Shown piece after piece: positions 27,564 to 32,748 of a stretch of 32,748 nt of DNA; within the stretch, counting starts at the first letter, position 1, and the number at the start of each line of letters is the position of its first letter. Source of the DNA: a virus (Duplodnaviria; Caudoviricetes); the IMG/VR virus record IMGVR_UViG_3300020409_001216, positions 1-32,748 of that record; one strand, given 5' to 3'. The notes below the pieces were generated by a model. The model was not told the origin of the DNA. It made no database searches and was given only the letters and a program-made list of their open reading frames with translations. The position numbers and the translations under genes are program-made.

Positions 27564-27944
27564 TTATTTTTGACGTTCTATAGCTTTTATTAGTCCATAC
27601 TTTCTAAGATCTCCGGAGAAAAGATGCAGTTCCATCGACTTCTTTTCGTCCGTTACATGAATGCTTCTTGGAGTCAAATAGTATGGGCAAGTAATAAATT
27701 GGTCTAAAAATATTACTGTTTGAGTAGTCATTTTTAAATCTTTTGGAAAAGGAATCTCGTAAAATTGTAGATCTAGTTTTTCCACACAAAAATCATATCC
27801 GTCATCAGTCAGTCGCAATCCACCATCTTTTTTGTCGCGAGTATTCTGCCACCATAAAGGCATATACTCTTTCATTGATGCTTCGCTAATTGCTATGTTG
27901 GCTGATTTAAGGAAGATCTTTGTGTATGTTTCTTTCCAGTTCAT
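27564..27944 (-). CDS. Hypothetical phage protein
   Basis: 126-aa ORF, ATGA-coupled; GGLRLTDDG wing-like motif. Confidence 0.75.
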   Translation of the reverse strand: MNWKETYTKIFLKSANIAISEASMKEYMPLWWQNTRDKKDGGLRLTDDGYDFCVEKLDLQFYEIPFPKDLKMTTQTVIFLDQFITCPYYLTPRSIHVTDEKKSMELHLFSGDLRKYGLIKAIERQK

Positions 27945-28231
27945 TCATCGGTTACCGTTTCGCCTTGTGTCAGTTTGTATACTTCAAAATCTTTCGTGTT
28001 GAATAGGTCATTCAATTTTTTTGCAAGATTGTGAGCATGTCCCGGATTTGAAAAAGAAACTTTCTTATATTTAGGTCCTGGATAGTTTGTAATAGCATTT
28101 GATGTTTTTAAGTTAAAAGGCGCACCTTGATAAAAAACTGCCCATATGGCATCAGCCTTCAAGACTTGTTCGCACTTGTAGGATGCCTTATCTACATTTT
28201 CTAATAGGACTGTTGGTTTTGGTCTACTCAT
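27941..28231 (-). CDS. Hypothetical phage protein
   Basis: 96-aa ORF with AAGGA RBS and an upstream late-like box. Confidence 0.8.
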   Translation of the reverse strand: MSRPKPTVLLENVDKASYKCEQVLKADAIWAVFYQGAPFNLKTSNAITNYPGPKYKKVSFSNPGHAHNLAKKLNDLFNTKDFEVYKLTQGETVTDE

Positions 28232-28269
28232 ATGTGTAATCCTTTTTATAAACTACACATATATTTATC
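28230..28269 (-). promoter_or_regulatory. Late-like promoter (GATAAATA) overlapping an RBS/start-occluding hairpin
   Basis: Inverted repeat ATATGTGTA (28230-28238) / TACACATAT (28254-28262) encloses the AAGGA RBS and pairs the AU of AUG; GATAAATA at 28269-28262. Confidence 0.6.
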
Positions 28270-28294
28270 TCTTTTTAAGAGTTATGTTGGTGTT

Positions 28295-28540
28295 TTACTT
28301 CCAACCTGATCCGCCATCCATTGTAACTGTAACAACTTCATCGCCGCTAGACTTGTTATCAATCACTAATTGTTCAAGTCTATTTGCTTGGTTTGCCATT
28401 ACTGTGGATAAAGCGAATACTAAAGCCTTGGCTTGTTGTGTTGGTATTCTTATTTCCTTATGATTACCAGCATCAGCAGTTTTAACTTGTTGTATAAACT
28501 GTTGTATAGGAATAGTATTAATTGCTTCTTTTGTTTGCAT
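28295..28540 (-). CDS. Hypothetical phage protein
   Basis: 81 aa, AGGAG RBS, overlaps the upstream gene. Confidence 0.75.
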   Translation of the reverse strand: MQTKEAINTIPIQQFIQQVKTADAGNHKEIRIPTQQAKALVFALSTVMANQANRLEQLVIDNKSSGDEVVTVTMDGGSGWK

Positions 28541-28991
28541 TTGATAACTCCTGTCGCATAGTAAATTCAGTCTTAAAAGGACCTTTGTAAGGATACTTTT
28601 CTAAAGTTACTAATTTAGGACAAAAACTTCTTACCCAACCCTTATCAAATTGAATAATGTAATATCCTGCACAATATAAACTTTTACTCTTTTTACTTTT
28701 TGTAAATAATGGAAGTTTCTTTTGTACATTATACATTACATTATAAGGTGTTGTAGATGTGTTAAATCCGTGTATTTCTTTATGTCTTGTATCATCTGAA
28801 ATACTTGTTTTATCCCAACTTACTCCACCTAAGAAAGTATTAAAAGATTTTGTATCATTGAAATACTCTGTGCCTGTTGCACAACTATACATATACCTTT
28901 TATCTTCTTGCTTAGATAAAGTTCCTATTCTTTCACCATCTGACTCGATGATCCAGAATTTATTTTTTAATATAGGTTTTGCCTTTATCAT
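28518..28991 (-). CDS. Hypothetical phage protein
   Basis: Start placed at ATG 28991 after AAGGAGG. Confidence 0.8.
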   Translation of the reverse strand: MIKAKPILKNKFWIIESDGERIGTLSKQEDKRYMYSCATGTEYFNDTKSFNTFLGGVSWDKTSISDDTRHKEIHGFNTSTTPYNVMYNVQKKLPLFTKSKKSKSLYCAGYYIIQFDKGWVRSFCPKLVTLEKYPYKGPFKTEFTMRQELSNANKRSN

Positions 28992-29001
28992 ACTGCCTCC
29001 T

Positions 29002-29985
29002 TTAAACATACTTTGCATTTAACGCCTCCGCATAAGTTTGCACATTGTCTGCAATTCTCTGCATATCGTGTTTTGCACAGAATTTCATTAGATGTAATCC
29101 AACCTGTGAAACCTTTTTAGGTTCCATAGCATCTTCAACTACATCATTTATAATCGATCTAATATTACCAGGTTGTGCAGATAAGTCACAAAGAATAACG
29201 TTTCTATTGTAGTCATCAAGAACTCTATGTTCTGTACCTTCATGATCTATCCAACGTTGTAACATCATATTATTCCAATTAAAACCTTTTGTCTTTCTAT
29301 CTGCAAATGCCTCTTGTAAGCCTACTTTGTTTTTTGTTCCTTTTGTTCTAACACCAGGATATGCACTGAATACATTATCACTTGTATCGCCTCGCATACA
29401 TTTTTCAAATAGCATGAACTCTGGATTAGGAGCCTCTTTAGGTTTGCCTGTCTTTTTATCTATGATAGGTTGTTTTTTCTTATCATCAAAATAGCCTTCG
29501 TGTGTAATAATTGTGTTACTTACACCATTGTATTGCTTTACATTAGGAGCAATCAATTGTGCAAAGTCACCATCTGTTGATATAATAACATGATTATCAT
29601 TAGGGTGTGCTTGTATCCAACCTGCAATAAGATCATCTGCTTCTAAGTCTGGATGATGTAAAACACTACAGTTTGTTTTGGTAGTTACAAACTCTTTCCA
29701 TTCATCAAACATTTCCCAGAATACTTTATCTTCTTCCTGTTGTGATTCTGTCTGTGCCGCACGAGCATCACTTCTGTTTCTTTTGTAAGGTTCATAAAAG
29801 TCTTTACGCCAGCTACGACCTTCTAAACAAAATACAACATGAGCACCTTCAAAATCTTGCCAAGCCTTTCTAATGCTTCCAAGTGTAATATGAAAAGCCA
29901 TGCCTACCTTTGTATCAAGATCTCCACGTACCACGTGTCTTGCACGGAAAAATGTATTTGCGGTATCTACAAGTATATAAGTCAT
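29002..29985 (-). CDS. rnh: T4-like RNase H / 5'-3' exonuclease (FEN-like)
   Basis: ILVDTAN, SWRK..Y..YKRNR, LEADDLIA, ISTDGDFAQL, RGDTSDNV acidic motifs; start at ATG 29985. Confidence 0.88.
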   Translation of the reverse strand: MTYILVDTANTFFRARHVVRGDLDTKVGMAFHITLGSIRKAWQDFEGAHVVFCLEGRSWRKDFYEPYKRNRSDARAAQTESQQEEDKVFWEMFDEWKEFVTTKTNCSVLHHPDLEADDLIAGWIQAHPNDNHVIISTDGDFAQLIAPNVKQYNGVSNTIITHEGYFDDKKKQPIIDKKTGKPKEAPNPEFMLFEKCMRGDTSDNVFSAYPGVRTKGTKNKVGLQEAFADRKTKGFNWNNMMLQRWIDHEGTEHRVLDDYNRNVILCDLSAQPGNIRSIINDVVEDAMEPKKVSQVGLHLMKFCAKHDMQRIADNVQTYAEALNAKYV

Positions 29986-29991
29986 GTTATT

Positions 29992-30020
29992 ACTATACAA
30001 TATTTTATTGCCTTTGTCAA
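29992..30020 (-). promoter_or_regulatory. Sigma70-type promoter giving a probably leaderless RNase H mRNA
   Basis: TTGACA, 17-nt spacer, TATAGT, then 6 nt to ATG; no SD. Confidence 0.7.
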
Positions 30021-30412
30021 GAAACTTTTGTTTTATCTTCATCAATTTTAGTTGTATCTATAAATCCTGCTCCTCTATCAGGATCTAATCCTTCGTCTTC
30101 TAGTATTTGCCTGGCTATAGTTTTAAACCAACCGTCAACTACTTCTTCAGCAGTTTCACCTTTATAACCAGCATCCATTAATTTTTCAACAAATTCATTG
30201 TTCCAATCAAGTTCAAAGAATCCATTTCTAATATTATCTGGATTTACTTTTGTGTCTAACACACCTACCCAAGGCTCACCTTTCTTCGTAGCTTCAGCTT
30301 TTTCTTTTGCTAACAACTCTTTTCTTTCTTCTTCAGCTGTCTTTTTCTTTTTGGGCTCTTCCATAATTTTAGGTTTGATACCTAAAGTTTTTTTCATCTT
30401 TTCCCAGTTCAT
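30017..30412 (-). CDS. Hypothetical phage protein
   Basis: 131 aa, GAGGA RBS; GFFELDWN motif. Confidence 0.8.
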   Translation of the reverse strand: MNWEKMKKTLGIKPKIMEEPKKKKTAEEERKELLAKEKAEATKKGEPWVGVLDTKVNPDNIRNGFFELDWNNEFVEKLMDAGYKGETAEEVVDGWFKTIARQILEDEGLDPDRGAGFIDTTKIDEDKTKVS

Positions 30413-30879
30413 ATTATTCCTCTCTTTCGCAATTCATCAAGTCCGTCGCCACTTTTATTTTTAGGTTCCCCATGCATTTCCGAATAAGGATATGTGGAGT
30501 CTTGGAGTGAATCTCCATCCTTTTTCCATACAGATGTTAGCCACTTCATTGACGTTAAGATTGTACTCTTCACTGCGACCCCCCAACGGCATAAGATAGA
30601 CTGGACAGTGAATACCAGCGGCTTTATATTCGTCAACAGCCTTGCCAGCCTCTTCGATGTCAGTTCTATCAGCAACAACAAACTTAAGATACATAACACT
30701 ATCGCCCACGTCAGCATAATCAACAGCCACTTCAGGCTTGATAGCAGTATCCCAAGGTTCTCCACTAACAGAGAGCTTTGGGGAACAAGACCAAGTGACT
30801 TCAAATCGGTCTTGATCCTGTAAGTATTGTTTGAAATCTTTGTGAAGAAGTTGTGTAGTGTTTGTTTCAAATGTAACAT
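30409..30879 (-). CDS. Possible overlapping (+1 frame) ORF within the queE 3' half
   Basis: 156 open codons running past the queE stop and ending in ATGA overlap with the next gene. Confidence 0.3.
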   Translation of the reverse strand: MLHLKQTLHNFFTKISNNTYRIKTDLKSLGLVPQSSLLVENLGILLSSLKWLLIMLTWAIVLCILSLLLLIELTSKRLARLLTNIKPLVFTVQSILCRWGVAVKSTILTSMKWLTSVWKKDGDSLQDSTYPYSEMHGEPKNKSGDGLDELRKRGII

Positions 30880-31357
30880 TTTTCAAATCCTTCATACGTG
30901 GATGTTCAAATAAATCGACGTACAATCGTTGCCACGCCAACAAAGGTTCGCCGCCGGTCATGATAAGGTGAATATCTTGTCCATTGTCCTGCACCCATTT
31001 GCCATTTGGTGTTAGACTACAAAGATGTTCAACTACTTCATCAACGCCTTTTAACATATTATAGTGTTTAAATTCAGGATAGATACTTGCATAAGTATCA
31101 CAACCTGTATGTATAATAGGCAAATCGTTAAATTCTTTTGTATCTTTATGTACATTATTATCTATTAAGCCTTGTACTTCTGCATTACGTATGATTCCAT
31201 TTTTTTGTTTTTCATCTCTCATTGCTTCACCTCTGGGCAAGCCAAAGTTTAAGCAACGGAAATTACAACCAAATGTACGTAAAAACACGGAAGGAACGCC
31301 AACAAAACGTCCTTCTCCTTGTACAGAATAAAATGCTTCACTGTATCTTAATTTCAT
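30461..31357 (-). CDS. queE: 7-carboxy-7-deazaguanine synthase (radical SAM)
   Basis: EAFYSVQGEG...PSVFLRTFGCNFRC...GCDT, TGGEPLL, FETN, SCSPKL, YLMP, RFTPRLH; near folE. Confidence 0.92.
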   Translation of the reverse strand: MKLRYSEAFYSVQGEGRFVGVPSVFLRTFGCNFRCLNFGLPRGEAMRDEKQKNGIIRNAEVQGLIDNNVHKDTKEFNDLPIIHTGCDTYASIYPEFKHYNMLKGVDEVVEHLCSLTPNGKWVQDNGQDIHLIMTGGEPLLAWQRLYVDLFEHPRMKDLKNVTFETNTTQLLHKDFKQYLQDQDRFEVTWSCSPKLSVSGEPWDTAIKPEVAVDYADVGDSVMYLKFVVADRTDIEEAGKAVDEYKAAGIHCPVYLMPLGGRSEEYNLNVNEVANICMEKGWRFTPRLHISLFGNAWGT

Positions 31358-31506
31358 ACAAACCTCTCAATCAGTGCAAGTACAACCTGATATCCCATCC
31401 ACAAAAATATACAAGTAATACAGAACTTAAGAAACTTATTCATTCCGTCATCTGCCATTACTTCCCAGTGTGGCCTTGTATCATTTCTTTTCCATAGTTT
31501 CATCAT
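31354..31506 (-). CDS. Small single-TM protein (50 aa), not in the ORF track
   Basis: MMKLWKRNDTRPHWEVMADDGMNKFLKFCITCIFLWMGYQVVLALIERFV; ATGA overlaps at both ends. Confidence 0.65.
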   Translation of the reverse strand: MMKLWKRNDTRPHWEVMADDGMNKFLKFCITCIFLWMGYQVVLALIERFV

Positions 31507-31667
31507 TTGTTACTCACCAATACTAAAATTGCTACAAAGAATAAAGCAAAAAACCAAATAGTGTAATCTTTCTTTGGCTCTATCTTACATGCTTCTTCAA
31601 ACTCAGAATAGTCTACAGGTTTGTAATCTCTATCCCAAGCATCTCGTCTTGTGTCTTTTTTACCCAT
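31503..31667 (-). CDS. Small single-TM protein (54 aa), not in the ORF track
   Basis: MGKKDTRRDAWDRDYKPVDYSEFEEACKIEPKKDYTIWFFALFFVAILVLVSNK; GAGGT RBS. Confidence 0.7.
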   Translation of the reverse strand: MGKKDTRRDAWDRDYKPVDYSEFEEACKIEPKKDYTIWFFALFFVAILVLVSNK

Positions 31668-31854
31668 TCTTCACCTCTACCAACGGCTCGAAGTAAGTAC
31701 TATCAGTGTAATCACCTCCTGGCGAAAACTTTCTTGTTACAGTTTCTTTTATTAGTTGATTATTTTTTACAACGTAAGTGACAAACTCTTGTTTTACTAC
31801 ACCTGTGGTATCACGTTCAAAAGCTGATTTAAGTGGGCCGTCTTTAAGTACCAT
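31660..31854 (-). CDS. Small hypothetical protein (64 aa)
   Basis: TAATG-coupled, GAGGAG RBS. Confidence 0.7.
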   Translation of the reverse strand: MVLKDGPLKSAFERDTTGVVKQEFVTYVVKNNQLIKETVTRKFSPGGDYTDSTYFEPLVEVKNG

Positions 31855-32081
31855 TACACTATCTCCTCTACAATACCTAACACTTCTGCACAGAAAAGTC
31901 CACCTCCTGCTAACATCAAAAAGTATCCTGCATCTGATAATAACAAGTCTGTGTAATTTTCTGCACCATACAAGTAGTATCCTGCCAGTATCAATATGCC
32001 TGATGCTACCAATCTAAAAATGCTCTTTACCAGGCTAACTGCAAAATGTCCTGTGCCTGGATCTTTACTAGAAATTTTCAT
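31854..32081 (-). CDS. Small two-TM membrane protein
   Basis: Start placed at ATG 32081 after AAGGTG; two hydrophobic helices; ends AEVLGIVEEIV. Confidence 0.7.
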   Translation of the reverse strand: MKISSKDPGTGHFAVSLVKSIFRLVASGILILAGYYLYGAENYTDLLLSDAGYFLMLAGGGLFCAEVLGIVEEIV

Positions 32082-32091
32082 ATTCACCTTT

Positions 32092-32748
32092 CTATTTGTT
32101 ACAAGCAAATTCTTGTTGTAGTTTGATGTTATCCATGAACTCTTTTTTAGTACCTGGATCTTCACCAAATGCTCCACGTAGTACAGTTGTCTGTGTCAAA
32201 CTACTATGAGCACCAATACCTCTATTTTCACAACAACCATGTGTTGCTTGTAAGTACACACCAACATTGGAACTACCGGTTGCTTTTTGTATTTCGTTAG
32301 CAATCACGTTGTTAAGTTCTTCTTGTAGTGTTCCACGTCTAGCACACCATTGTGCGATACGTGTATATTTAGAAAGTCCTATAAGTGTTTCTGCGGCAAT
32401 GATACCAATGTAAGCTACACCATTTACTGGTTGATGATGATGCGAACACATGCTTTTTATTTCGCTTCGCACTACCAACATGCCTTTATAACCATCATCT
32501 ACATGATTAGGAAAAGCAGTAGCATTAGGCATTGGATCATATCTCCCTGCCATTATCTCATTAAAATACATTTTAGCTAGACGTCTACCAGTATCCATGC
32601 TGTTAGGATCATTATGTCTATCAATTACCAAGCTATCTAAAACTTGTTCAAACTTTAGTGTTGCCTCTTCAATAAGTTGTTCTTTGTCGCCTTCTTGTAA
32701 GACCTCGGAAATGTTGTCACCTGCCCAATAGCGGATGCCAGCATCTTG
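32092..32748 (-). CDS. folE: GTP cyclohydrolase I (5'-truncated by window edge)
   Basis: SMCSHHHQP, IGLSKYTRI, RRGTLQEEL, HGCCENRG; frame open to base 32748. Confidence 0.93.
   Translation of the reverse strand, partial: QDAGIRYWAGDNISEVLQEGDKEQLIEEATLKFEQVLDSLVIDRHNDPNSMDTGRRLAKMYFNEIMAGRYDPMPNATAFPNHVDDGYKGMLVVRSEIKSMCSHHHQPVNGVAYIGIIAAETLIGLSKYTRIAQWCARRGTLQEELNNVIANEIQKATGSSNVGVYLQATHGCCENRGIGAHSSLTQTTVLRGAFGEDPGTKKEFMDNIKLQQEFACNK

Noticed and set aside
31100-31267. Intein or intron as the explanation for the QueE insertion
   Set aside because: The insertion is in frame, only about 48 aa, and lacks intein terminal motifs (C/S...HN) or a recognisable intron structure.
21334-32580. Plus-strand ORFs opposite the minus-strand genes
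   Set aside because: Antisense shadows with no coding signal independent of the real genes.
1-32748. tRNA genes, CRISPR arrays, IS elements, integrase or reverse transcriptase
   Set aside because: None seen; intergenic spaces are very short and show no cloverleaf or repeat-spacer pattern.
1-32748. Stop-codon reassignment as in some jumbo phages
   Set aside because: Genes are full length and tightly packed under code 11, with TAA, TAG and TGA all used as genuine ends.

Overview
AT-rich (roughly one-third GC by eye), gene-dense segment that looks like a large T4-superfamily-like (jumbo) bacteriophage genome. The basis is a T4-type RNase H/5'-3' exonuclease, a tail-fibre-like protein, a MoxR ATPase plus VWA-metallopeptidase pair, folE/queE, sigma70-type early promoters and T4-late-like TAAATA boxes. 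The left ~21 kb is dominated by a translationally coupled array of 13 radical-SAM genes. Nine are paralogues of an N-terminal Twitch-like type, three have a C-terminal Twitch/SPASM-like domain, and one is minimal. They are interleaved with tailoring enzymes: a glycosyltransferase-like protein, a SAM methyltransferase, two SGNH-like proteins, two nitroreductase-fold proteins, two 2OG-Fe(II) oxygenase-like proteins, a GNAT-like protein and a fatty-acid desaturase. The array abuts a tail-fibre gene. Its substrate cannot be read from the sequence; virion/glycan or nucleic-acid hypermodification are the leading hypotheses. The right ~12 kb (minus strand) holds phage hypothetical genes, moxR/VWA, RNase H and 7-deazaguanine pathway genes. 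It also holds several regulatory curiosities: a shared AGGCACTGA leader motif, an RBS-occluding hairpin overlapping a late promoter, a leaderless RNase H promoter and a long overlapping ORF inside queE. All calls come from motif reading only; no database searches were run.
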